A stretch of DNA of 64,000 bases from an uncultured delta proteobacterium (GTDB lineage Bacteria; Myxococcota_A; Polyangia; Polyangiales; Polyangiaceae), in assembly GCA_963782055.1 (NCBI GenBank), contig CAWAIF010000003.1:928001-992000 (forward strand), in the 5' to 3' direction. Below the pieces are notes generated by a model, which was not told where the DNA came from, made no database searches, and was given only the letters and a program-made list of their open reading frames with translations. A program made the translations under genes and the position numbers. Positions 19,575 through 28,425 of this stretch are shown one piece after another. How positions within the stretch are numbered: position 1 is the stretch's first letter; each line of letters starts with the position of its first letter.

Positions 19575-21755
19575 ATGCAGTCGAAGTTTCTCGTGCCCAT
19601 GCTCCTGGTGATCGGCGCCGCCCTCGTGGGGGGGACGGCGGAGGCGGGGAGCAAGCCCGCGCCGAAGAGCAAGTCGCCGCCGGCCAAGCACGCGGCAACG
19701 CCGGCGAAGCACGCGGCAGCGCCGGCGAAGCACGCGGCGGCGCCGGCGAAGCACGCGGCGGCGCCGGCGAAGCACGCGGCGGCGCACGGCGTGGCGAAGA
19801 AGCCGGCGACGAAGGGCCACAAGGGCTCGTCGCCCACCTTGCACGGCAAACTGGTCGGCGTGGCCGACCCGGCGGTGCGTCGCCAGGTCGCCGGCGGCCC
19901 CACGGTCGACGACGTGGAGCTGGGCGCCGAGAGCCCGGAGCTGCGCGCGTTGCGGGAGGCCGAGCGCGAGCTCTTCCCGCCCGCCGGTCCCCGACCGGGC
20001 AAGTCGTGGCCGAGCGAGCTGCCCTCGCCCGTCCCCCAGAGCGATGACGCGCCCATCGTGCACGCCACCGGCGTGGCGCCCCCGCCCCCGCCGAGCTCCC
20101 CGCCCGCCGCGGAGGGCGGCAAGGATCTGTCCTGGCTCTCCGCGCTGGTGCTGCCGGACCTGCCCGTTCGCTGGGACGCGCGCGTCGTCCGTTACCTCGA
20201 GCTCTACAAGAACGACCCGCGCGGGCGCGGCGCCCTCGCCGTGTGGCTGAAGCGCTCCGGCAAGTACCTGGACGAGATCCGCCGCACGCTGGCGAGCAAG
20301 GGGCTGCCGCGCGATCTGGCGTGGCTCGCCATGATCGAGAGCGGCTTCGAGCCGACCATCCGATCGCCGGCGGGCGCGGTTGGCCTGTGGCAGTTCATGC
20401 CGCTCACCGGCCGCAGCTACGGGCTCCCGGTCGATCGCTGGGTGGACGAGCGCATGAACGTGCGCGCCTCGACGGAGGCGGCGGCCGACTTCCTGAGCGA
20501 CCTGCACCGCCGCTTCGGGAGCTGGGAGCTGGCGATGGCCTCCTACAACATGGGCTACGCCGGCGTCGCCGCGGCGGTGCGCAAGTACAACACCAACGAC
20601 TTCTGGGAGCTCTCCCGGCTGGAGGGCTCGATGCCCTGGGAGACGACGCTCTACGTTCCCAAGATCATCGCCGCCGCCATCGTGATGCACAACCTCAAGG
20701 TCTTCGGCCTGGACGGCGTCACGCCGGAGGCTCCGGTCGAGTACGAGGAGGTCACCGTCCCCTACGGCGTGCCGCTGAAGTCGGTGGCCCGGGTGGCCGG
20801 CTGCAACACGAAGGACCTGGAGGCGCTCAACCCCGAGCTGCGCGCGGCGCGCACGCCGCCCAGGCAGAGCGACGCGGCGGCGACGGCAGGTCCCGACCAG
20901 GGCTTCGTCCTGCGCGTGCCGCCCGGGAAGGCGGAGCTGGTCTCGCAGAGCCTGCCGAAGCTCCAGCGCGACGACACCTCGCTGGAGCGCTACGTGGTGC
21001 GCTTCGGCGAGACGCTGGACCAGATCGCCGCCGCGCGCGCGACGACGGTGGCCAAGCTCGTCGACATCAACGCCATCGCCCAGGGGGAGGTCGTGCGCGG
21101 GGGCACGGTGCTGCTGGTACCGCACGCGCCCACCAAGAAGCCGGCGGGCGCGCCGGCCGCCGTCGCCGACGAGGACAAGCCGGTCGTCATCGTGCCGTCG
21201 GACCTCTTCGTCTACCCCGACAGGAAGCGTGTATTTTACAAGGTCCTGGTGGGTGACACCGTGCGCGACGTCGCCGTCGCGCTCCACGTCAGCGTGGACG
21301 AGCTCCGCCGCTGGAACGACATCGACCCCTCCGCGCGGCTGCAGGAGGGCATGACGCTGCAGGCCTTCGTCCCGGACGACGCCGACCTCTCCCGCGTGGT
21401 GCTCCTCTCGGAGAACGACGTGCGCGCCATCCCGGTCGGCTCCGACGACTTCTTCACGTACTGGGAGTCGAAGGGCCGGCAGCGCGTGACGGTGAAGGCG
21501 AAGGCCGGCGAGACCATCGCCGACATCGGCCGGCGCTACGGGCAGAGCGCCGGCCAGATGGAGCGCATCAACCGCCGCTCCCGCCACGAGGTGCTGGACG
21601 AGGGCGACGAGGTCATCCTCTACCTGAAGCCGCGCGCGACGCCCGCGGGCGCGCAGGCGAAGGCGGGCAATCCGCTCCCCGATCCGGACGCGGTGGAGGG
21701 CTCGCCCCTGCCGCCGCTCGAGACGGCGCCGCGTCCGGACCTCCTGCCGCCCTGA
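19575..21755 (+). CDS. MltD-like lytic transglycosylase with LysM repeats
   Basis: AMIESGF, AVGLWQFM, ASYNMG and ETTLYVPK SLT motifs, followed by several LysM-like repeats. Confidence 0.9.
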   Translation: MQSKFLVPMLLVIGAALVGGTAEAGSKPAPKSKSPPAKHAATPAKHAAAPAKHAAAPAKHAAAPAKHAAAHGVAKKPATKGHKGSSPTLHGKLVGVADPAVRRQVAGGPTVDDVELGAESPELRALREAERELFPPAGPRPGKSWPSELPSPVPQSDDAPIVHATGVAPPPPPSSPPAAEGGKDLSWLSALVLPDLPVRWDARVVRYLELYKNDPRGRGALAVWLKRSGKYLDEIRRTLASKGLPRDLAWLAMIESGFEPTIRSPAGAVGLWQFMPLTGRSYGLPVDRWVDERMNVRASTEAAADFLSDLHRRFGSWELAMASYNMGYAGVAAAVRKYNTNDFWELSRLEGSMPWETTLYVPKIIAAAIVMHNLKVFGLDGVTPEAPVEYEEVTVPYGVPLKSVARVAGCNTKDLEALNPELRAARTPPRQSDAAATAGPDQGFVLRVPPGKAELVSQSLPKLQRDDTSLERYVVRFGETLDQIAAARATTVAKLVDINAIAQGEVVRGGTVLLVPHAPTKKPAGAPAAVADEDKPVVIVPSDLFVYPDRKRVFYKVLVGDTVRDVAVALHVSVDELRRWNDIDPSARLQEGMTLQAFVPDDADLSRVVLLSENDVRAIPVGSDDFFTYWESKGRQRVTVKAKAGETIADIGRRYGQSAGQMERINRRSRHEVLDEGDEVILYLKPRATPAGAQAKAGNPLPDPDAVEGSPLPPLETAPRPDLLPP
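19680..19784 (+). repeat. five 21-bp tandem coding repeats (PAKHAAA)
   Basis: ccggcgaagcacgcggcggcg x5 with minor variants. Confidence 0.95.
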
Positions 21756-21761
21756 GGCCGC

Positions 21762-22712
21762 TCACTGCGGCGCGCAGGTGGAGACGCCCGCGCCGACGAT
21801 GGTGGACGGCAGGGTGGTGGCCTTGGTCTCCGACTGGGTCTGCGGATCGTACCTGGTGACGGTGGAGGGGCCGCCCGGCGCGGTGAAGATCCAGAAGTCG
21901 CCGCCCCAGAAGGCGAAGGCGAAGGCGTCGTTCTGCTGGCCGATCTTCAGGTTGTTCAGCCCCGTAACCTGCGCCGTCACCGGGTCGATCTCGGCGATGT
22001 GGGAGCCGCTGCCGGTGGTATTGGGCCAGAAGGCGAAGAGGTGGCCATCGCCGGTGCCGGTGAGCTCGTCGCGGGGGATCGCCGGGTTGAACGCGGCGAT
22101 GAAGTTCAGCCCGAGCGACTGCGTGTCGATGGTGGCGAGGCCCATGGAGGGGTTGGCGCTCTGCGAGACGAAGAGCGACTCCCCGTTCTGATCGCCGGAG
22201 AAGCCCATCCCGAAGGTGACGAACCCGTGCTGTCCGACCTGGAAGCTGGTGGACTGGCACGTCGCGGTGGCTGTCGAGACGTTGTACAGGCGCCCGTCGG
22301 TGAAGACGATGTACGCCAGGCCCTGGCGATCGACGGCCATGGAGAAGGGTGTCGTCTGCCCAGCGTTGGGACACGAGATGACGCCGATCTTCTTGAAGCC
22401 CAGCGTCGGCGGGTAGAAGGAGTAGAGCTCGTTCTGCTCGGTGATGACGTAGACGAGGGTGGAGCCGGCGTCGGGGCAATCGTTCGGCGGCTGCACGTCC
22501 TTGTGCACGACGTCGATGGGCGGGAGGGCGTCTTCTTCCTCCACGTCGATCCCCGTGTCGACGCCGCCGTCCTGCGCGTCCGGCGCGGCGTCCACGCCGC
22601 CGTCCTCCTCTGGCGCGGAGACGGCGAGCAGCCCGGTGCGGCTCCCGCACGCGACCAGCGCGATCGCCATCAGCGCGCGCAGCAGGCGTCCTCGTTTCGG
22701 CTGTGCCTTCAT
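21762..22712 (-). CDS. beta-propeller-like lipoprotein (paralog A)
   Basis: LVACGSRTGLL lipobox, SMAVDR, ELTGTGDG, FAFAFWGGDFWIFT and IVGAGVSTCAPQ. Confidence 0.85.
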   Translation of the reverse strand: MKAQPKRGRLLRALMAIALVACGSRTGLLAVSAPEEDGGVDAAPDAQDGGVDTGIDVEEEDALPPIDVVHKDVQPPNDCPDAGSTLVYVITEQNELYSFYPPTLGFKKIGVISCPNAGQTTPFSMAVDRQGLAYIVFTDGRLYNVSTATATCQSTSFQVGQHGFVTFGMGFSGDQNGESLFVSQSANPSMGLATIDTQSLGLNFIAAFNPAIPRDELTGTGDGHLFAFWPNTTGSGSHIAEIDPVTAQVTGLNNLKIGQQNDAFAFAFWGGDFWIFTAPGGPSTVTRYDPQTQSETKATTLPSTIVGAGVSTCAPQ

Positions 22713-22975
22713 GCGCCGCAAACGTAATCCAGCGCCGCGCCCTCTGCTCAAACATTGGCGGTGCGGGTCGCCAATATTGGCGGGGGACAGGGAAGGCACC
22801 TCACGCCGGCCCGCCCTGCGCCACGACCGGCCGGAGCAGGGGGCCTGCCCCGTGGAAAACCGCGCTCGATTCCCCTGCGCTCCTCGAACGGCTCCGCGTG
22901 AGGCGTCGCGTCGTCGTCGCTGCTCGCGCGCCGCGGTCTTGCGTGTGCGCGGCACCGGGTCTACCCGTGTGGGCG

Positions 22976-23600
22976 ATGGCCTTCGACCCGGTATCGTTCA
23001 TCGAGTCGGCGTACGCGTGGGAAGCCGACGAACACGCATGGAGCGCGGGGCTCGCCGAGGCGGCGCGCACGCTCGTGCCGCGCAACCTGGGCGCCTACGC
23101 CATCACATACGATGCGTCCGACGTCGCGCGCTGCGTCTTCGGCAGGCTGGTCGTGAGCGGCATCGACAACCAGAAGGCGGTGCGCCTCCTGGAGGTGGAC
23201 ATTCCGCGCGCCTACCAATCCGACCCGACCTCCGTCGAGGCGGTCTTCCGGAGGACCTGGTACGGCCGCGCGCGGCACTTGCCCCTCGGCGACGGAGTGT
23301 CGTGGCGACCGGCGTCGGCGACATCCTCGGGCTCAACGGCGTGACGCCGGACGGCCGCAGCGTGCGTCTCGCAGGGCACGCTCGCTCCGTGACGGGCCCA
23401 CGCCGCGTTCGACGCGCCTCGCCCTAACGAGCGGACCGGCGGATCGCGCCGGAATCTCCAGGAGCGCGCCGACGACGGAACGTGCGTCGTGCGTCCGGGC
23501 GCGGTCGCGTTCCGCCGGCCGCCCGACACGACGAGCCCGAGCGAACGAAGCTGCTACGAGGACGCCGGTTCGCGCGACGCGCTCGCGGCGTGCAGCGCGC
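22976..23600 (+). pseudogene. decayed regulator gene (N-terminus resembles myxobacterial LuxR-type regulators)
   Basis: MAFDPVSFIESAYAWE... frame shifts near 23310 into GVGDILGLNG and then degenerates. No HTH was found, and the 3' boundary is approximate. Confidence 0.45.
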
Positions 23601-23810
23601 TTCCAGGCATGGCCCGTCGAGGTAGACGCGGGCGGCCGCGCCTGACCAGCGCTCCCTTGCCCCCTGGCATGAAGTCGAGCGCCTCGCGTATCACCATCCT
23701 CGATGTCATGGCCACCAATCCAACCTGCGCCGCGTCGGCAGGGGTCGAGCACGGGTGAGGCCCTCAGAATACCCACGCGCGTCGCGCGTCCAACGTGGGA
23801 GGATTGAGGC

Positions 23811-26351
23811 ATGAAAACCGAAGCCGTTCGTGCGCTCGGGGTGGGGCTCGTCACCGCGTGCGCGTTCGGCCTGGCCGGCGTCGCGGGCTGCGGCGGGGAC
23901 GACAGCGGCGGGACGCCAGACGGGTCGACAGTCGGTGACGGCGGCGGCGACGGCACCACCAACCTCGACGGTGGCACCGCGTTCACCCTCGACCCCACGT
24001 TCGGCACCGACGGCGTCACCACCACGGCGATGCGCGAGAGCTACGACCTCGCCCCGCGCCTCCTCCGCCAGCCGAGCGGAAAGCTGGTGGTGGGTGGCTT
24101 CGACGAGTCCAACGCCACGCCCTACCTCGCGCGCTTCTCCGCGGCGGGGGCGCTCGACACGACCTTCGGCGTGGGTGGGCGCGTGATCCTCGCCGGACCT
24201 GTCACGCCCGGGCTCACCGCCAACCCCGGCGGGTTTGCAATGCAGCAGGACGGCAAACTGCTGGCGCTGGTCAACATCGTCGCGCTCGGCGGCGAGGTGG
24301 CGCGCTTCGACGTGGACGGCGCCGCGGACACCACCTTCGGCGACGGCGGGCGCCTGGTGATGACGAACATGTTCCCGTGGGGCGTCGTCCAGCAGCCAGA
24401 CGGCAAGATCATCGTCGTCGGAGGGAACGCCGAGGACCCCAACTACCCGTTCATGATGACCCGGCTCACCGCCGGGGGCGCCGTGGACACCACCTTCGGC
24501 ACCGCGGGCTTCGTGAGCATCACCAGCGGCGACGGCGCGGCGATCGGCGCCGGCGTCGCGCTGGATCCGAGCGGCAACATCGTCGCGCCCGGCGGCAGCC
24601 TGAGCGGGCTGGTGGTGCGCCGCTTCACGCCGGCGGGCGCGCTCGACACCACCTTTGGCGGCACCGGCATCGTCACGTCGTCGCTCACGCCGCCGGTGAC
24701 CACGTTCAACCTGCGCGCCTTCGCGGTGCAAACCGACGGCAAGATCCTTCTGGGCGGCAGGGACCCGAACAACGGCCCGACCGTGGAGCGATTCGACACC
24801 GCGGGCGCGCTCGACACCACCTTTGGCGGCACCGGCATGGTTGCGATCGAGCCGGGGGCCTCCACCGATACGGTCGAGAGCCTCTCCGTCGCTCCAGACG
24901 GCAGCGTGCTGGCGACCGTGCAGAGCCTGGTCTTCCGCCTCACCTCGGCGGGCGTGGTCGACGCGACGTTCGCCGGCGGCCACCCGAGCGTAGCGTTCAC
25001 GGCGCGCGCGACGATAGGCCTGTCCAACGGGAGCGTGCTCGCGGCCGGGGACGGCCCGCAGTTCAAGGCCTGGATCGCCGCGCTGACGCCCGCAGGCGCC
25101 TTCGACTCCGCCTTCGGCGCGAGCGGCAAGGTGAGCTTCGACATCGGCGCGTCGTCCGACGAGATCCTCTCTCTCTCCCTCGCGAGCGACGGAAGCATCG
25201 TCGCCGGTGGTCACGCCACCTCCTTCTCCCCGTTCAGCGAGGGGTGGGTGCTCTCGCGCTACAAGCCCGACGGCACGCTCGACCCGACGTTCGCGACCCA
25301 GGGCAAGTACTTCTCGCCGACGCCGGACAACTTCACTTCGCGCGCGGTGCTCGTCGACCCCAACGGCGCCATCTTGACGGCCGGCGGAGCCCTGACCTTC
25401 GACGCGGCGCGCTTCACCTCGGCCGGCGTCCTGGACACGACCTTCGGTACGGCCGGCTTGGCCTCGTACCCGGTGACGCCCTCCAAGTCGGCGGTGTGTT
25501 ACGCGATGGCGCTCGACAAGAGCGGCCGCATCGTGCTCGCCGGTGGCGACAACTCCGCCGTTGGCAACGCGGAGCAGACCGGCGTCATGCGCCTGACCCC
25601 GCAGGGCGCGCTCGACACGACCTTCGGTGGCACGGGCGCGGTCTCGACGCCGTGGAACACCGCCACCGGCGTGAGCTCTGCCCTCGCGGTCGCGGTGCAG
25701 GCCGACGGGAAGATCGTGGCGGCCGGTACGGCCAGCGTGAAGAACGGCTACGGGGTCGCGGTCGCTCGCTACACCGACGCTGGCGCGCTGGACACCACCT
25801 TCGCCGGCACCGGCATCCTGACGGTGAGCGTCGCGCCGGACCCGACGTCCGCGTGGGAAGCCGCGCGGGCCATGGCCATCCAGCCCGACGGCAAGATCGT
25901 GCTCGTCGGCAGCGCGGGCTTGCCGCTCGGGAGCGGCCCGACGCCGGACGACTTCCTCAACTACGTCGGATACGGCCAGTCGCGCCTGGTCGTGGTGCGC
26001 GTCCTGCCCGACGGCACGCTGGATCCGAGCTTCGGCCAGGCGGGCATCGTCGCGGAGGACTTCGGCTACAAGGTGGCGCTGGGTCAGGCCGTGCAGATCC
26101 TGCCCAACGGGTTCATCGTCGTCGCCGGAACGGCGCTGGATGGAGGCACCAAGCACGGCCTCATCGCGCGATTCGGTCCCGGCGGTGCGCTCGACACGAG
26201 CTTTGCGCAGGGCGGGGTGGGCCTGATGAACCTGGGCGCGGGGAGTGGGCTGCGCGCCCTCGCGCTGCAGCCGGACGGCAAGGTCGTCGCCGGTGGGAGC
26301 GCGTTCATGAACCCGACGGGGTACGACTTCGCCCTGATGCGCCTGGAGTGA
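23811..26351 (+). CDS. delta-60-repeat beta-propeller lipoprotein
   Basis: VAGC lipobox and more than ten copies of QPDGKI(V/L)...R[FY]...G.LDTTFG. Confidence 0.9.
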   Translation: MKTEAVRALGVGLVTACAFGLAGVAGCGGDDSGGTPDGSTVGDGGGDGTTNLDGGTAFTLDPTFGTDGVTTTAMRESYDLAPRLLRQPSGKLVVGGFDESNATPYLARFSAAGALDTTFGVGGRVILAGPVTPGLTANPGGFAMQQDGKLLALVNIVALGGEVARFDVDGAADTTFGDGGRLVMTNMFPWGVVQQPDGKIIVVGGNAEDPNYPFMMTRLTAGGAVDTTFGTAGFVSITSGDGAAIGAGVALDPSGNIVAPGGSLSGLVVRRFTPAGALDTTFGGTGIVTSSLTPPVTTFNLRAFAVQTDGKILLGGRDPNNGPTVERFDTAGALDTTFGGTGMVAIEPGASTDTVESLSVAPDGSVLATVQSLVFRLTSAGVVDATFAGGHPSVAFTARATIGLSNGSVLAAGDGPQFKAWIAALTPAGAFDSAFGASGKVSFDIGASSDEILSLSLASDGSIVAGGHATSFSPFSEGWVLSRYKPDGTLDPTFATQGKYFSPTPDNFTSRAVLVDPNGAILTAGGALTFDAARFTSAGVLDTTFGTAGLASYPVTPSKSAVCYAMALDKSGRIVLAGGDNSAVGNAEQTGVMRLTPQGALDTTFGGTGAVSTPWNTATGVSSALAVAVQADGKIVAAGTASVKNGYGVAVARYTDAGALDTTFAGTGILTVSVAPDPTSAWEAARAMAIQPDGKIVLVGSAGLPLGSGPTPDDFLNYVGYGQSRLVVVRVLPDGTLDPSFGQAGIVAEDFGYKVALGQAVQILPNGFIVVAGTALDGGTKHGLIARFGPGGALDTSFAQGGVGLMNLGAGSGLRALALQPDGKVVAGGSAFMNPTGYDFALMRLE

Positions 26352-26419
26352 CGGCGCCCTCGTCCTCCGTCACAGCACAACCGTCGGCCGGTCCGCCGCC
26401 CGCCCGCCTCCGCGCCGGC

Positions 26420-26735
26420 GACAGAGCAGGACGACGACAAGCCGAAGCGCTCCCGCTACTGGCCGTGGGCGGCGCTCATAGGGACCCCGCGGCCGGGCTG
26501 CGAAGCAGACCGCTGCCGCGGGCCACGCACCTTCGCGGTGGACGTGCAGCAGTGCCCGAAGTGCGAGGGCCGCATGAAGCTCGTCGCGATGGTGCAGGAG
26601 CCGCGCGGCATCCGGAGGTTCCTCGAGGGGCGCGGCGAGCCGCACGAGGTGCCGCCGCGCGCGCCGGCTCGCGCTCCGCCCTACTACCGCAGCGCCGTCA
26701 TCCGCCGGATCGCCGGCGCCATCGTCGCCGCCTGA
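26420..26735 (+). mobile_element. C-terminal remnant of an IS91-like transposase
   Basis: RSRYWPWAAL...RTFAVDVQQCPKCEGRMKLVAMV...ARAPP matches the zinc-ribbon tail I recall for IS91/ISCR-type transposases. The catalytic part is absent. Confidence 0.65.
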
Positions 26736-27401
26736 CGCTCTGCCCGGGAGGGGAGACCTTGGCGAATATCAGCTCGCCGATTGTCTTGCGGGGCATGGGT
26801 GTCTCCCGGATCGATACCGCTTCCGACGTCAGGCGGAGTTTTCCTCGGGCTCCACCTCTTGCTCGATTTGTTCGGTCCACTGCCCGGCAGGATGCGTTGG
26901 TTCCGCGAGGGTGGCGTGTCGTGGACGAGTCGGCGATCCTGGGACTCGATGGGTGCCGCAGAAAACCGTCTTGCAAAGCCGCTGGGTGCCCTGTTGCCGG
27001 ACTGCCGCGCGCCGGCGAGCTGAGCCATGCAAGGTTTCGCCACCGAAGTGGGCATCGTTGCTCTCGCCTGGTCGCCTGGTGGAGACCGCCTCGCCATCGT
27101 GCAGCAGAACCTCGAGACACACGCGATCAAGAACATGACCCGCGTATGCACCGCGGAGGGAGAGGTCCTGCACCAGTTTCCATCCGCGGGTGCTGCTGTC
27201 CGGCGCCGAGGTCCGCCCCGTGCAGCCGATCAGCCTCCCCGATGGCGCGCGGGAGCGCGACATCGAGGGGAGGGGCGCCACGCGCAGGGCTCGCGCGCAA
27301 GCCCGCGTGCGTGCCGGCGCCCGTGCACCACGTCTCCCCCGTCGGCACGCACGCGGGCGAGCACGAGCCCGAGCATGGCGCCCGGAGGGGCCCCCCCTCC
27401 C

Positions 27402-28379
27402 TCACTGCGGTGCGCAAGTCGACACCCCCGCCCCCACGATCGTCGACCCCAGCGTCGCCACCGCGGTCTCCTTCTGCGTGAGCGGATCATACTGCGTGAC
27501 CGTCGACGCCCCGCCCGGCGAGGTGAAGATCCAGAAGTCCCCACCCCAGAACGCGAAGGCGAACGCGTCGTTCACTGCGCCCACCGCGAGCTTGTTGGCG
27601 CCGATGACGTTCGCCGTGGCCGGATCGATCTGCGACAGCACCGAGCCCGAGCCCCCCTGGTCCAGGCAGAAGGCGAACAGGCGCGCGTCGCCGGTGCCGG
27701 TGAGCTCGCAGCGCGGCAGCGGCGGGGAGAAGTTGCCGACGAAGCCGAGCGTGAAGCTCTGGGTGTCGATGATGCCGAGCCCCTTGGAGAGGCCGTTGAA
27801 GTTCGCCTCCGCGACGAAGAGCTGCTCGCCGTTCTGATCGCCCTCGAAGCCCATGCCGAAGGTCTGGAAGCCCAGCTGGCCGGGGGCGTACGTCGTCGTC
27901 TGGCAGGACGCGGTGGCGGTGCTCAGCTGGAAGAGGCGGCCGTCGGTGAAGACGGAGTAGGCGACGCCCAGGCGGTCGACGGCCATCGAGTAGGGCGTGG
28001 CCGAGCCGGCGGTGGGGCAGGCGATGTTGCCGATCTTCTTGAAGGCGTGGGTCGGCGGGTAAAAGGAGTAGAGCTGGTTCTGCGACGTGATGAGGTAGAC
28101 GAGCGTCAGCGACGCGTCGGGGCAGTCGTTCGGCACGACGACGTCCTGCTTGGTGGCGTCGATGGGAGGCAGCGCGTCCTCCTCGGCGGCATCGATGACG
28201 TCCGGCCCGGCCTCGCGCGCATCGGGGCGGGCGTCGGGGAGCGAGGCGTCGTCCCCGCGCTCCGGCGCCAGCAGGCCGGTGCGCGAGCCGCACGCGAGGG
28301 CGAGCAGGGTGGCGGCGGCGATCTCCACCGCCACCACGTGGCGCAGCGCGCGCCGGCCTCTTTGCCTGCCCGAAGCCAC
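27402..28379 (-). CDS. beta-propeller-like lipoprotein (paralog B)
   Basis: LACGSRTGLL lipobox and end-to-end similarity to 21762..22712. The GTG start is uncertain. Confidence 0.85.
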   Translation of the reverse strand: MASGRQRGRRALRHVVAVEIAAATLLALACGSRTGLLAPERGDDASLPDARPDAREAGPDVIDAAEEDALPPIDATKQDVVVPNDCPDASLTLVYLITSQNQLYSFYPPTHAFKKIGNIACPTAGSATPYSMAVDRLGVAYSVFTDGRLFQLSTATASCQTTTYAPGQLGFQTFGMGFEGDQNGEQLFVAEANFNGLSKGLGIIDTQSFTLGFVGNFSPPLPRCELTGTGDARLFAFCLDQGGSGSVLSQIDPATANVIGANKLAVGAVNDAFAFAFWGGDFWIFTSPGGASTVTQYDPLTQKETAVATLGSTIVGAGVSTCAPQ

Positions 28380-28425
28380 CAACGCACATGTACCACGCCG
28401 CCGCGCCCGCGGCAGAGTCAGCGCG

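Noticed and set aside
19680..19784. Repeat array as a possible CRISPR
   Set aside because: Contiguous in-frame 21-bp units with no spacers and no cas genes.
23990..26300. Recurrent ctcgacaccaccttcggc repeats
   Set aside because: Explained by delta-60 protein repeats (LDTTFG).
27027..27200. WD40-like fragment (ALAWSPGGDRLAIV)
   Set aside because: A single blade-like motif with no credible full ORF, so it is treated as island debris.
24377..27481. Long Arg/Gly/Ala-rich alternative-frame ORFs, here and throughout the track
   Set aside because: Shadow ORFs caused by high GC. They overlap well-supported genes and lack motifs.
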